From positions 8,261 to 72,260 of the forward strand of contig CAKPLD010000002.1 in the NCBI GenBank assembly GCA_934167225.1: a DNA stretch of 64,000 nt, in the 5' to 3' direction. The DNA comes from an uncultured Clostridia bacterium. GTDB taxonomy: Bacteria; Bacillota; Clostridia; TANB77; CAG-508. Below the pieces are notes generated by a model, which saw only the letters and a program-made list of their open reading frames with translations, was not told where the DNA came from and searched no databases. Below are positions 9,371 to 20,147 of this stretch, one piece after another. Each line of letters begins with the position of its first letter. Positions within the stretch are counted from its first letter, which is position 1. A program made the position numbers and the translations under genes.

Positions 9371-12300
9371 AATAAAATATCCTTTCGTATATTATTAAAT
9401 AAATCTAAAAATTTATTTACATAATTTTCATCAGTTAAATTCCAGTAAAATTCGTAGGAATTTAAGATTTCTGTTGTTTTTTTATTTGTACAAGGTGTTA
9501 TTGATAATTTTTTATTTATTAAGTCATCTAATATATGAAGACTTAGCGGGTTTGATGAATTTTTTACAATATCAATCATTTGTTCATCAGATACTATTTT
9601 ACAGTTGGTTTTAGAAAAGTCTATTAGTTTTTTTAGTTCAATTAGGTTGTTGTTATAAATATGATAAATAGTTTGTGCATTACATTTGCTTAGTAATATG
9701 ACTATAGCACGAGCACATAGATCAACAGGGCTGAAATCTAAAACCATATTATAATAACTTTCTGGTATACATTGCAAATCTAAAATTGTTTGAAGTTTGG
9801 AAACCATAGCATTATCTTTATAATTATATTGAAATAGATTATCAGACAAGCGAGGCATAATATTTCCTAATCTAAAAATCCTACCATCAATTTTGTTGCT
9901 ATTGAATGCTTTTAAAAATTCATATTCTGCTAAATATTTTGTAATCATATATACATGATTGTTAAATACTTGACCTATATTAAAATCATTTTCAGTTAAA
10001 CATATTTTGTTGTTTAAATCATAATATCCACCAATGGAAATTGTTGAAATATGGGCCAATTTTGAATGTGAAACTTCACAAAACTTAATAATGTTTTCTG
10101 TTCCAACAACATTTGTTTTATAAAATTTATTAAAATTACCAAAATGTTTAACTGTTGCACCTGAATGTATAACTGTAGTTATACATTTTGTAAGATTAGC
10201 ATAATCTGAATCTGACATATTAAATTTTTTCATTACAAAGTCGCCATATATAACATGAACCTTTTGTTTTATTACATCATCTAATGTATTTGAAAAATAA
10301 TAGTTAAGAATTTTGTTAAATCTATCTTTATAGTTCTGGTTGTCTTTATTGCGAACCATACAGTAAATATTAGATACATTGTCATTTAATAAAAGTTCTC
10401 GTAATAGATGCATAGATAAGTAGCCTAAGGCACCTGTTATTAGAATATTAGATAAATCGAAGTGAATAGGTTTATCTACAATTTTAATTTCAGGAAGATT
10501 ATTTTCAAATATTGAAGGATTGTAATTTTTTTCAATTTTTTCAGCAAGTAACTTTATGCTAGGAAAATTACTAATATCTTGAATATTTATGTTATATTTA
10601 TATAACTTGGCGCATAATTGCATTGCATTTAAAGAGTCAAAACCAATATCATAAAAGAAATTATCGTCAATAGATAGAGATTTAGTTACACTAAGCTTTT
10701 GTACAGCAAGATAAATTTCTTTTTCTAATGCAGAAGACGGTTTTACAATATGTTTGTGATGAGTCCATGGTTTTGGAATTGGCAATTTTGATTTATCAAT
10801 TTTGCCATTTACAGTTATTGGAAGACTATTCATTATAATGAAGTAAGATGGTATCATGTAAGAAGGCAGGGTTTTTGATAAATATTCTTTCAAATTATCT
10901 ATATCTAATGTGTCTTTTGGAATTATATATGTGCATATATATTTCATATTGTTTATGTTTTGTATTATTGTTGTACAATTTTTGACACTAGGATAATTTA
11001 AAATAGTATTATTTATTTCATTTAATTCAATTCGAAAACCACGAATCTTAACTTGATTGTCATTTCTTCCTAGAAAAGCAATACTGCCATCAGGAAGCCA
11101 TTTTACTAAATCACCAGTCTTATAAATCATTCCAGTATTACCAAAAGGATTTTTTATAAATTTTTCAGAGGTAAGTTCTGGTTTATTTACGTAGCCTCTG
11201 GATACACCTAGTCCTCCAGTCCAAAGTTCGCCAGGAACGCCAATTGGTTGTAATTTGCCAAATTTAGAAACTACATAACAGGTTGTTCCAGAAACAGGAT
11301 ATCCAATTGGTATTCCAGAAGAGTATACTTTATCTATATTAAAGCAACAAGTAAAAGTTGTATTTTCTGTTGGACCATAGCCGTTTATAACTTTTAAATT
11401 TGGATTATCTTGCATAACTTTTTTAATGTGTTTAGGAGAAAGAACATCTCCACCAGTTAATAAATATTTGACATTGCTAAACATGGAACTATTTATATCA
11501 CAAAGTTGATTAAATAATGCGGCTGTTAGCCATAATATTGTTATTTTATTTTTTATTAAATAGTTACTTAAAAATGTTGAATTAAGTAGTTCTTCTTTTG
11601 TAATAATATATAATGAAAAGCCATTTAAAAGCGCCCCCCATATTTCAAATGTACAAGCGTCAAAAACAATTGAGCCAGTTTGAAGAATTCTTTCATCATT
11701 ATCGAAATGTATAAAATTAGGATTGGTTATTAGTCTTAAAATGCTCTTCTGTTCGATCATAACGCCTTTGGGTTTTCCGGTAGAGCCAGAGGTATACATT
11801 ATATAAGCTAGAGAATCAACTCTATTTGGTATATATTTAAAATTTGATGTTTGTTTTAAATTTATATTATCTATAAATATATTGGTTATATTATTAAAAA
11901 TAGATATTTTTAAATCAGATGTCGTTATTATTTTGGAAATATTGGCATCATTTAATATGTATTCAATTCTTTCTGTAGGGTATGATATATCAATAGGTAA
12001 ATATGCCCCATGGACTTTTAAAATTGCTAAGATAGATACCACCATCTCTATAGATTTATCCAGAAAAATAGCAATCTTTTCTTCTTTATTGATGTTTAGT
12101 TTTTGCAAATAATTTGCCAAATTATCTGACATTAGGTCAAGTTGTTCATATGAAATTTTTATATTATTAAAAACCAAAGCGGTTTTGTCAGGATTTTTAG
12201 TAACACAAATTTTAAATTTTTCAATTATATCATGTTTGGGATATAAATCTGAAAAATTCGAATTAAATTTGTTTAAAATAATGTCTTTTTCCGTAGGAGT

Positions 12301-13599
12301 TACGATTTCTATATCATATATGTTTAAGCAAGGCTTATTCAATAATTGATTGATAATATATACGATTCTATCATGCATATGTATAATATCATTTTTGCTC
12401 AATTTTGAAATTTGATAATCATATTCTACAAGTAAATTACCAGAGTCATCATTGTCATGAAAATGAATATCTAAAGTATTACCAATATGGTTTGTGCCAT
12501 ACCATTTTGTATGATATGGAATACCTAAAGCAGAAGAAGTTGCTTGGGTTATTTGGTATGAGATAATAATATCATACAAACGTTTAATTGATGAATCGTT
12601 TTGTTTAAAATTTTCTAGTATATATTGGTAATTGTATTTTTGGTGCCTTAACATTGCAATAGAATTTTGTGCTATTTGTTTTAAAAATTCTATAAAAGGT
12701 AAATTTTTAGATGTATCTATTTTTAAAAGAGATGTACTAATAAACATACCAGAGGTATGTTTTTGTGCAAAATTAGTTCTATTTAGTATAGGTGTTCCAA
12801 TTAAAAAGTTATCCATGCTATTAATTCTACCAAAATATATAGAGTAAATACCCATAAGAAAATTGAAAATACTGATGTTGTTTTGAGTACATAATAATTT
12901 TATTTTTGAAATCAGCTCGCGCTTAAAACTAAACTCGATTCGATTAGCTCTAGAATCAGCTGATTTTCTTATGAATTTATTAGAAGGAATCGTCGCCACC
13001 TCAGGCATATCCGCCAAATTTTCCTCCCAAAAAACTCTATCTTTTTCAAATCTACTACTATCTAAATACTCTTTCTCCGAATTTATATAATCAACATAAG
13101 AAAAAGTTTTACTAGGCACAACTTCATTATTAACCAAATTCGAATAAATTTGAACAATTTCGGTACCAATTAACGAAAAAGTAGCAGCATCAGAAATTAT
13201 ATGATGCACATTAACAATAAAACCACCAAAACCTGACGACAATTTAAATAGCTTAAAATCAAATACACGAGAATCAGCAATATTAAATTTAGTATCTACC
13301 ATTTTCTTAGCACATATTTCAATTTGATTTTCCTGAGAAATATCCAAAATCTCAAAACTAAAAAATTCATCAGGGGCAAAATATTGTTTTAACTCACTTC
13401 CTATTTGCTTAAATCTTAATTTAAAACTATCATTGTTTCTAATAAAAATATTGATAGCTTCATTTAAAATTTTTAAATTTGTCTCTTGTTCAATAATCAA
13501 ACTTCCACAAATATTATTTATTGTAGTATTTTGAAAATACTGTTCTGTAAGCCAAATACTTTTTTGTGGGTTGGTTAGTTCATACATTTCCTCTTTCAT
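9367..13599 (-). CDS. Single-module nonribosomal peptide synthetase, C-A-T-R (condensation, adenylation, carrier, terminal thioester reductase)
   Basis: 1410 aa. C domain has HHIISDAATF (HHxxxD). A domain has LAYIMYTSGSTGKPKGV, NGYGPTENTT, YKTGDLV and GRNDNQVKIRGFRIEL. PCP has IGFDSLNAMQL. The C-terminal SDR-type reductase has ILITGALGYLSMHLL (TGxxGxxG). Confidence 0.9.
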   Translation of the reverse strand: MKEEMYELTNPQKSIWLTEQYFQNTTINNICGSLIIEQETNLKILNEAINIFIRNNDSFKLRFKQIGSELKQYFAPDEFFSFEILDISQENQIEICAKKMVDTKFNIADSRVFDFKLFKLSSGFGGFIVNVHHIISDAATFSLIGTEIVQIYSNLVNNEVVPSKTFSYVDYINSEKEYLDSSRFEKDRVFWEENLADMPEVATIPSNKFIRKSADSRANRIEFSFKRELISKIKLLCTQNNISIFNFLMGIYSIYFGRINSMDNFLIGTPILNRTNFAQKHTSGMFISTSLLKIDTSKNLPFIEFLKQIAQNSIAMLRHQKYNYQYILENFKQNDSSIKRLYDIIISYQITQATSSALGIPYHTKWYGTNHIGNTLDIHFHDNDDSGNLLVEYDYQISKLSKNDIIHMHDRIVYIINQLLNKPCLNIYDIEIVTPTEKDIILNKFNSNFSDLYPKHDIIEKFKICVTKNPDKTALVFNNIKISYEQLDLMSDNLANYLQKLNINKEEKIAIFLDKSIEMVVSILAILKVHGAYLPIDISYPTERIEYILNDANISKIITTSDLKISIFNNITNIFIDNINLKQTSNFKYIPNRVDSLAYIMYTSGSTGKPKGVMIEQKSILRLITNPNFIHFDNDERILQTGSIVFDACTFEIWGALLNGFSLYIITKEELLNSTFLSNYLIKNKITILWLTAALFNQLCDINSSMFSNVKYLLTGGDVLSPKHIKKVMQDNPNLKVINGYGPTENTTFTCCFNIDKVYSSGIPIGYPVSGTTCYVVSKFGKLQPIGVPGELWTGGLGVSRGYVNKPELTSEKFIKNPFGNTGMIYKTGDLVKWLPDGSIAFLGRNDNQVKIRGFRIELNEINNTILNYPSVKNCTTIIQNINNMKYICTYIIPKDTLDIDNLKEYLSKTLPSYMIPSYFIIMNSLPITVNGKIDKSKLPIPKPWTHHKHIVKPSSALEKEIYLAVQKLSVTKSLSIDDNFFYDIGFDSLNAMQLCAKLYKYNINIQDISNFPSIKLLAEKIEKNYNPSIFENNLPEIKIVDKPIHFDLSNILITGALGYLSMHLLRELLLNDNVSNIYCMVRNKDNQNYKDRFNKILNYYFSNTLDDVIKQKVHVIYGDFVMKKFNMSDSDYANLTKCITTVIHSGATVKHFGNFNKFYKTNVVGTENIIKFCEVSHSKLAHISTISIGGYYDLNNKICLTENDFNIGQVFNNHVYMITKYLAEYEFLKAFNSNKIDGRIFRLGNIMPRLSDNLFQYNYKDNAMVSKLQTILDLQCIPESYYNMVLDFSPVDLCARAIVILLSKCNAQTIYHIYNNNLIELKKLIDFSKTNCKIVSDEQMIDIVKNSSNPLSLHILDDLINKKLSITPCTNKKTTEILNSYEFYWNLTDENYVNKFLDLFNNIRKDILL

Positions 13600-13781
13600 T
13601 TTGCATACTCCATATCTTTCATTTTCTTAAAATTTGGCTTCATTATATAGTATGTGACAAAAAAATGCAATAAAATTGGAAAAATAAAGAAAAACCATTA
13701 TTAAAAACGAAAAAATTAAAGACTAAAAAACTAAATAATGGAAATAATAACCTTATATAACAATGACTAAGAGGTGGAAAA

Positions 13782-14903
13782 ATGGCCAAGAATAAAGAAA
13801 AAAATAAAGCAATCAAAATATTTTTTGTTTTGGTATTTATAGGAATAAGTTGTTACATTATTTATACAATGTACCAAAAAATAGAAATAACAGATCAAAA
13901 TGAATATGATTCAGCAAAGTTATCCACAAATTACACACAAAATGTGAATAACTGGGTGGATGAAACAGAATCAAAAGCAGATATGTTAGAAAAAGTAATA
14001 AAAAGTGTGGTTGGAATATCTAAATTAACAAATACGGGAGGATCTATATTAAACAATGTATCAAGTGATAATTTAGGATTAGGAACAGGAATTATTGTAA
14101 GTGAAGATGGATATATTTTAAGCAATAGCCATGTAACAGGTGAAAAATACAGTAATTGCTATATAACAGTTGATGAAAACACATATGAGGGAAGTGTTGT
14201 GTGGAGTGATGCAAAATTAGATTTATCAATTGTTAAAATATCAGCAAATAATCTTACATGTATAGAGTTAGGAGATTCAAGTAATATTAGAATTGGAGAT
14301 GATGTGTTTGCAATAGGAAATCCAATAGGATATGAATTTAAAAGAACAGTTACATCAGGAATTATAAGTGCACTAAATAGAACTATAAAAGTAGATGAAA
14401 ATAACAATACAAGCTATATATCAGACTTAATACAAACAGATGCAACTATAAATCCAGGAAATAGTGGAGGACCACTTGTAAATAGACAAGGAGATGTGGT
14501 TGGAATAAATACTGTAAAAATTACATCAGCAGAAGGAATAGGCTTTGCAATTCCAATAAATGTTATAAAACCTGTAATAGAGGCATTTAAACAAAATGGC
14601 ACATTTGAAGAGGCAACACTAGGAATATATGGATATGATGGGGATGTTGCAACATATTTAAATTTAAAAGGTAAAATAAATAGTGGGGTGTATGTATCAC
14701 AAATTTTGGCAAATGGGCCATCATCGCAAACGGAATTAAAAGAAGGAGACTTAATTACAAAAATAGATGGAAAAAATTTGAAGACAATAAATGACTTGAA
14801 AGAATATATTTATAAGAAAAAACCAGGAGATTCAGTTGATTTGGAAATCATAAGAAAGGACAGCGAAAAAGAAATTAGTATAATTTTAGGAAAAAAACAA
14901 TAA
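13782..14903 (+). CDS. HtrA/DegP-family serine protease with PDZ domain
   Basis: N-terminal TM anchor. Trypsin-like motifs are ILSNSHV and INPGNSGGPLVN. The C-terminus is PDZ-like (GVYVSQILANGPSSQTELKEGDLITKIDG). Confidence 0.88.
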   Translation: MAKNKEKNKAIKIFFVLVFIGISCYIIYTMYQKIEITDQNEYDSAKLSTNYTQNVNNWVDETESKADMLEKVIKSVVGISKLTNTGGSILNNVSSDNLGLGTGIIVSEDGYILSNSHVTGEKYSNCYITVDENTYEGSVVWSDAKLDLSIVKISANNLTCIELGDSSNIRIGDDVFAIGNPIGYEFKRTVTSGIISALNRTIKVDENNNTSYISDLIQTDATINPGNSGGPLVNRQGDVVGINTVKITSAEGIGFAIPINVIKPVIEAFKQNGTFEEATLGIYGYDGDVATYLNLKGKINSGVYVSQILANGPSSQTELKEGDLITKIDGKNLKTINDLKEYIYKKKPGDSVDLEIIRKDSEKEISIILGKKQ

Positions 14904-14910
14904 AAATGTT

Positions 14911-14939
14911 TTGACAAACTAAAAACGGTGTGCTACAAT
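14911..14939 (+). promoter_or_regulatory. Sigma-A-like promoter (extended -10)
   Basis: TTGACA (14911-14916), 17-nt spacer, TGcTACAAT (14931-14939), about 55 nt upstream of the ATG at 14993. Confidence 0.6.
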
Positions 14940-14992
14940 TGGAAATGTATAAAACATAGACAAAATTTCAAAAGAAGAAAGGGGAAAACACC

Positions 14993-16456
14993 ATGGAAAA
15001 AAAATCAATTAAAACACTAAAAATAGTGTTAGTAATGCTAATTATAGCAATTACAGTTACAATACCTGTAACATCAAATGCATCATTTAGTTTTTGGTCA
15101 TTTATTAATAAGAAAAATACATCAGAGGCAATAAGCAAAAAATACACATCAATGAATCAATACTCAAGTTTCTTAGATGAATTTAATGGATTTACAGATG
15201 GACTAAACAGTAGTACAAGTGTAGACGATTTAAAACTAAATATTATTAAAAAAACAGAAGAACTTCAAAAAAAATATGGTGAATCATCATCAATATCATC
15301 TGCATCAAACCAAATACTAAATAAAGCGATGAACTCAACAACAACAGACTCAAGCGAATTTTTACAATCAATCATGTCAACATCAAAAGGTTCATTAAAG
15401 AGCAACAACAATGCAATGAAAAGCTTAGAACCAAACGTTGTAGCAACAAACGAAGCAACAACAGCAGGAAAATTATCAGGAGATAAGTACAAAGTAAAAT
15501 TAAGTGGAAATATTTACTATGCAGATTTAGACTCTAATGGAAACCCAACATCAAACAAATGGGTTGTATTAGTACACGGATTTATGATGAATGGACAAGC
15601 AATGGCAGATGCTGTTGGACAAATGTACTTAGAGCAAGGATTCAACATTCTAGCACCAGATTTAAGAGGATTTGGAAAGAGTGAAGGAAGTGTTGCAATG
15701 GGATACCTAGAAAGTTTAGATGTATGGGATTGGTTAACATACCTAAATCAACAATATCCAAACAATTGTGACGAAATAGTTGTACATGGAGTTTCATTAG
15801 GAGGAGCCACAACAGTATTCTTATCAGGATTACAAGTTGATGGACAATCAATAAAAGACAAACACGTTATGGGTCTAATAGAAGACTGTGGATACACATC
15901 TATGACAGGAATTGTAAAAGACATGTTAGCATCAAACAACAACAACACATCACTTACAGCAAAACAATTAGGAATATCTGATAAAACAGACTTATCAGGA
16001 ATAACAAGCACAGTTGGAGACACAGTAATTAAAAAATTAATAATGAATGTAGTTGATGTAGGACTAACAGATGCAAATTATGATGAATTATCAAACAATT
16101 TAAACAGCTTAAACAGATGTACACTTCCAATACTAATTGTACATGGTACAAAAGATTCAACAGTACCATTTAAAAACAGTACAGAAATATACAATGCAGC
16201 AATTAGCAATAAAAATATTCCATATGTTCAAAGATTTGTAGCAGAAGGAGAACAACATGCATTTGTAATATTAGGAAGCAAAGAAAATGTATATGTTGGC
16301 CATGTAAAGAACTTTATTGCACAAGCTGAAAAAATTAAAAGTGGCGAAACAGTAAACAAAGAATCTAATTATCAAGAAGAAAAAGAACAAAAAACATCAA
16401 TGATAAATGGTTTAGTAAAAGCATTAAAATTGATAAAAAATATGTTTAGTTTTTAA
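14993..16456 (+). CDS. Secreted alpha/beta-hydrolase fold protein
   Basis: Signal/TM segment LKIVLVMLIIAITVTIPV. Also has HGFMMNG, the nucleophile elbow HGVSLGG (GxSxG), and HGTKDSTVP near the C-terminus. Confidence 0.7.
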   Translation: MEKKSIKTLKIVLVMLIIAITVTIPVTSNASFSFWSFINKKNTSEAISKKYTSMNQYSSFLDEFNGFTDGLNSSTSVDDLKLNIIKKTEELQKKYGESSSISSASNQILNKAMNSTTTDSSEFLQSIMSTSKGSLKSNNNAMKSLEPNVVATNEATTAGKLSGDKYKVKLSGNIYYADLDSNGNPTSNKWVVLVHGFMMNGQAMADAVGQMYLEQGFNILAPDLRGFGKSEGSVAMGYLESLDVWDWLTYLNQQYPNNCDEIVVHGVSLGGATTVFLSGLQVDGQSIKDKHVMGLIEDCGYTSMTGIVKDMLASNNNNTSLTAKQLGISDKTDLSGITSTVGDTVIKKLIMNVVDVGLTDANYDELSNNLNSLNRCTLPILIVHGTKDSTVPFKNSTEIYNAAISNKNIPYVQRFVAEGEQHAFVILGSKENVYVGHVKNFIAQAEKIKSGETVNKESNYQEEKEQKTSMINGLVKALKLIKNMFSF

Positions 16457-16489
16457 AACAAATGAAAACAGAAAGGAAATGGATATATA

Positions 16490-17158
16490 ATGAATAATGT
16501 GAAGAATATTTGTATAGCAGTAATGACAATATTATTAGTATTATGTATATACATAAGTCCTGTTTATGCAGAAACATCATCAGAAGATAAACAAGAATTA
16601 ATAGATATGCTGAACCAATACAAAAACGATTTAGGAGACCTAAATCAAGTAAAAACAGTAGTCGATCAACTATATTCAGATATAAATTCTGCTTCAACAG
16701 TAGATGACAATTTGAAGAAAACACTAACAGAAGATATTAATATGTTGGATAATGTTACTGGTATGAACCCATTAATTTTAACAGTATTAAAATCAGAACT
16801 AAGTTCACAAGTAGAACAGCTAAGTGACAGCAATTTAGGTGAATTAAAAGATGAAGTAGCAATTATTAAAGAATGGGTAGATACACAAGTATCTGGAGGA
16901 AGCCAAGGAAATACAAACACAATAGGAAATACAACAAGTAATACAACATCAGGAACTACAAATACAAATTCAACTAAAACAAACACAAGTGGTAATAATC
17001 AAACTACAAAAAATACAATACAAGCTAAAGCAACTCAAAGTTTAATGTCATTACCAAATACAGGAGTAGGAAGAGCAATAATATTTGTATTTACAGTTTT
17101 AGTAATAGCAACGGTAGGATCTATAATAAAATATAGAACATATAAAGATGTAAAATAA
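16490..17158 (+). CDS. LPXTG-type cell-wall-anchored surface protein
   Basis: Signal peptide (AVMTILLVLCIYISPVYA), a Thr/Asn-rich stalk, and a C-terminal LPNTG + hydrophobic segment + basic tail (KYRTYKDVK). Confidence 0.8.
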   Translation: MNNVKNICIAVMTILLVLCIYISPVYAETSSEDKQELIDMLNQYKNDLGDLNQVKTVVDQLYSDINSASTVDDNLKKTLTEDINMLDNVTGMNPLILTVLKSELSSQVEQLSDSNLGELKDEVAIIKEWVDTQVSGGSQGNTNTIGNTTSNTTSGTTNTNSTKTNTSGNNQTTKNTIQAKATQSLMSLPNTGVGRAIIFVFTVLVIATVGSIIKYRTYKDVK

Positions 17159-17180
17159 AAATTTAGCAAATAAATAAAAA

Positions 17181-17218
17181 ACACCTATGAGTCACTTTAG
17201 GCTTATAGGTGTTTTTTT
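17181..17218 (+). terminator. Intrinsic terminator
   Basis: Stem acacctat/ataggtgt followed by a T7 run. Confidence 0.65.
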
Positions 17219-17329
17219 AAACAATTTACTGTTTTTTCCATGATGTTTTTTGTCGAAAAATGTTGAACTTTAAAAACAAATATAGTAAAATAAAAAAGCA
17301 AAACGAAAACAAGATAGGAAGGTAGACAA

Positions 17330-18442
17330 ATGAATCAAATAATAAGAGAACAAAAAGAAAAACAAGAAGAAAATATACCCAAAATAGAAGAAATAAAAAG
17401 ACAACAAAAACCAAAAAGAACAAAGGGAAAAAATATAGCAAAAAAGATATTTATAACATTAGGAATATTAATAGTAATAGGAATAAGCACACTAGGAATA
17501 TTACTATATGGTCCATATAGTGGTTTTAGAGATTGGCTAATAACCTCTGCAATGACAACAATGACACACCAGTGGATAGCATATTTGTTTTATGATCAGG
17601 AAACAATAGATGCAGTTATGGCAAATAATAGGGTAGATGAAATACAAGAAGATACAGACACAAATGCAATTGTAGTAGGTGTTCAAAATGAAGCATATGA
17701 AAATGAATATGAAAGAGCAATATTAGAGAAAGATAATCCAAATGATACATATAAAATTATAAAAATAGAAGGCAAAGGATATAACGGATATTTAGCAGCA
17801 ATATATGACCCGTCAAAAATTCATACATTAGTTACAGCAAAAATGGGAACAAGTGGACAATATTTAACAACAATGGCTAAAAACAACAAAGCAGTAGTAG
17901 CAATAAATGGAGGAGGATTTGATGATCCAAATTATAGTAGTAATGCTGCAAACCCATTAGGAATTACATATTCAAAGGGAAAACTACTAACATCATATTA
18001 TTATGCAGGAGCAGGAGGAATAATTGGATTTGATACAAATGATAAACTAGTATTATCTTCAAAATGTACAGAACAATCTGCAAAATCGCTTAAAATTAGA
18101 GATGCTGTAACATGTGGACCGTTTTTGATAGTAAATGGAAAAAAATCAGGAGTTGTTGGAAATGGTGGATGGGGAACCGCACCACGTACAGCAATTGGAC
18201 AAAGAAAAGACGGAATTGTGTTATTTTTAGTTGTAGATGGAAGAACAGTAAAAAGACCAGGTGCAGATATGGATGACTTAATAGAAATAATGCAAAACTA
18301 TGGAGCATATAATGCAGCAAATCTAGATGGCGGAACATCTACAGCCATGACGGTCAATTATGAATTAATAAATGACCCAGTAGATAGTTCTGGAGCACAT
18401 AAAACGAGGTTTATTTCAACTGGGTTTGGGTTGATAGAATAG
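17330..18442 (+). CDS. Phosphodiester glycosidase (NAGPA-like/DUF2233) family protein, membrane anchored
   Basis: N-terminal basic region plus a TM segment. The C-terminal domain contains VAINGGGF, PRTAIGQRKDG and AANLDGGTSTAM, typical of this family. Confidence 0.65.
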   Translation: MNQIIREQKEKQEENIPKIEEIKRQQKPKRTKGKNIAKKIFITLGILIVIGISTLGILLYGPYSGFRDWLITSAMTTMTHQWIAYLFYDQETIDAVMANNRVDEIQEDTDTNAIVVGVQNEAYENEYERAILEKDNPNDTYKIIKIEGKGYNGYLAAIYDPSKIHTLVTAKMGTSGQYLTTMAKNNKAVVAINGGGFDDPNYSSNAANPLGITYSKGKLLTSYYYAGAGGIIGFDTNDKLVLSSKCTEQSAKSLKIRDAVTCGPFLIVNGKKSGVVGNGGWGTAPRTAIGQRKDGIVLFLVVDGRTVKRPGADMDDLIEIMQNYGAYNAANLDGGTSTAMTVNYELINDPVDSSGAHKTRFISTGFGLIE

Positions 18443-18488
18443 TGTTTATGAAAAAAGAGATGGCTCTGAAATTGAATCATAATAAAAA

Positions 18489-18527
18489 AGCAAAAAAATC
18501 CATAAAAACTATGGATTTTTTTGCTTT
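18489..18527 (+). terminator. Intrinsic terminator
   Basis: 15-bp stem gcaaaaaaatccata/tatggatttttttgc plus a T-run. A TATAAT at 18533-18538 follows. Confidence 0.75.
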
Positions 18528-18603
18528 TTGCTGATATAATGAAAACAATTTTAAATAAGGAAAAGAAAAGGAGGAATTAGCTTAAAGGGGCTAAAAGAGG
18601 AAG

Positions 18604-19503
18604 ATGATTTTTAAAGATTATTACAAAATATTAGAACTAAAGACAAATAAAGTATCTTCAGACGAGATAAAAAACGCATACAGATTAGCAGTTAAAAAAA
18701 ATCATCCAGATTTAAATATACAAGATAGTTTAGCTGAGGAGAAAATCAAAGATATAAACGAAGCATATAAAATCCTATCAGATACAACATCAAAAAGAAA
18801 ATATGATAGAATATGGAACAAAAACAATATAAAAATTCAGCAAAAAAAATACAGAGAAGAAAACAAAAAAAACAATGCATCATTTGGCGAGCTATTTAAC
18901 ATCTTTTTTGGAAATACAGAAGTAGCAGGAGAAAGAAAGCCATATAAGCAAGAAAAAAATCCTATAAATGGTGAAAATATAGAAACAAGCATAGATGTAG
19001 ACATTGAAGAAGTATTTTATGGACTAGACAAAAAAATTTCGTTAAGAACTGTAGATGGAAAAATGAAAGTATTTACAGTATCAATTCCAGCAGGCCTAAG
19101 AAATGGAGAAAAAATAAGACTATTAGGTCAAGGAAAAGAAGGAATAGATGGCGGGAAAAATGGTGATTTGTTCATAAAGGTAAACATAAAAGATAGCGAA
19201 AAGTTTAAACTAAAAGGAAATGACCTATACACAAATTTATATTTAACACCATGGGAAGCAGCATTAGGAACAAGAACAACAGTGTATTCAATAGATGATG
19301 GTACAGTTGTATATATTCCAGAAGGAATGGAAACAGGAGAAATTTTAAAAATATCAGGAAAAGGATATAAAGATGGAAAAGGCGGAAGAGGAGACTTAAT
19401 AGTAAAAGTAAATATTATGGTACCAAAAAAATTAAGCAAAGAAGAAAAAAATTTATTTGAAAAATTAAGCACCGTATCAAGCTTCAATCCAAGAAAAGTA
19501 TAG
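18604..19503 (+). CDS. DnaJ-domain co-chaperone of the CbpA type (J domain + DnaJ C-terminal domains, no zinc finger)
   Basis: J domain reads DYYKILELKTNKVSSDEIKNAYRLAVKKNHPD with the HPD motif. The C-terminal beta domains contain GDLFIKVNI and RGDLIVKVNIMVPKKLS. Confidence 0.8.
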   Translation: MIFKDYYKILELKTNKVSSDEIKNAYRLAVKKNHPDLNIQDSLAEEKIKDINEAYKILSDTTSKRKYDRIWNKNNIKIQQKKYREENKKNNASFGELFNIFFGNTEVAGERKPYKQEKNPINGENIETSIDVDIEEVFYGLDKKISLRTVDGKMKVFTVSIPAGLRNGEKIRLLGQGKEGIDGGKNGDLFIKVNIKDSEKFKLKGNDLYTNLYLTPWEAALGTRTTVYSIDDGTVVYIPEGMETGEILKISGKGYKDGKGGRGDLIVKVNIMVPKKLSKEEKNLFEKLSTVSSFNPRKV

Positions 19504-19611
19504 ACTTACGTAAATTCTATTGACATAAAACAGAAAAATTGTTATAATTGAAAGTGGTTATACAAAGGATAAGTCTATGCTATAAAATCATAGAAAATGG
19601 AGGAAAATAAA

Positions 19612-20133
19612 ATGGAATCATGGAAAGGAAAACATTTTAGCATAACAGACCCAAAGGGTGTCAATACAGTTATATACGAAGTATACAAAACAAAAAAAGA
19701 ATATTTAAAAAAATATCCTAAATACACTGTTGAAAGATTACGTTCAACAGAGCAACTTGTTGGTGATTTAAAAAAGAAAACATTTTATGTAGAAGATCCA
19801 CAAGAAAATGGTAATCAATTAGTAATATTTTCTTTTGCAAAAGAGAAAGTAGTTATTAATAATGGTTTGTTAATAAATGATGAAGTTAAAATTTCAAAAA
19901 AACCAGTACCATTTAAATTTGATACTCTATATTCAGAAGAACCAACAGAGGTTAAAAATTTTAGATATACGCCAAACTTAAAAAGGGCAATAACAATCAT
20001 TGACCCAGAAACAACAGAAGAGATAAAACCTGTACTTTATTATGATGAGGAAACTGATGAAGTAAAGGGAAAATGTAAGTTAAAACCATATAAGTCTTAT
20101 TTCGCGTTTGAGATAAGGGATGATAAAAATTAA
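19612..20133 (+). CDS. Hypothetical protein
   Basis: Long ORF. I prefer the ATG at 19612 because GGAGG lies 8 nt upstream; the track start is 19597. No family recognised. Confidence 0.5.
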   Translation: MESWKGKHFSITDPKGVNTVIYEVYKTKKEYLKKYPKYTVERLRSTEQLVGDLKKKTFYVEDPQENGNQLVIFSFAKEKVVINNGLLINDEVKISKKPVPFKFDTLYSEEPTEVKNFRYTPNLKRAITIIDPETTEEIKPVLYYDEETDEVKGKCKLKPYKSYFAFEIRDDKN

Positions 20134-20147
20134 GGAGGAATTCTAGG

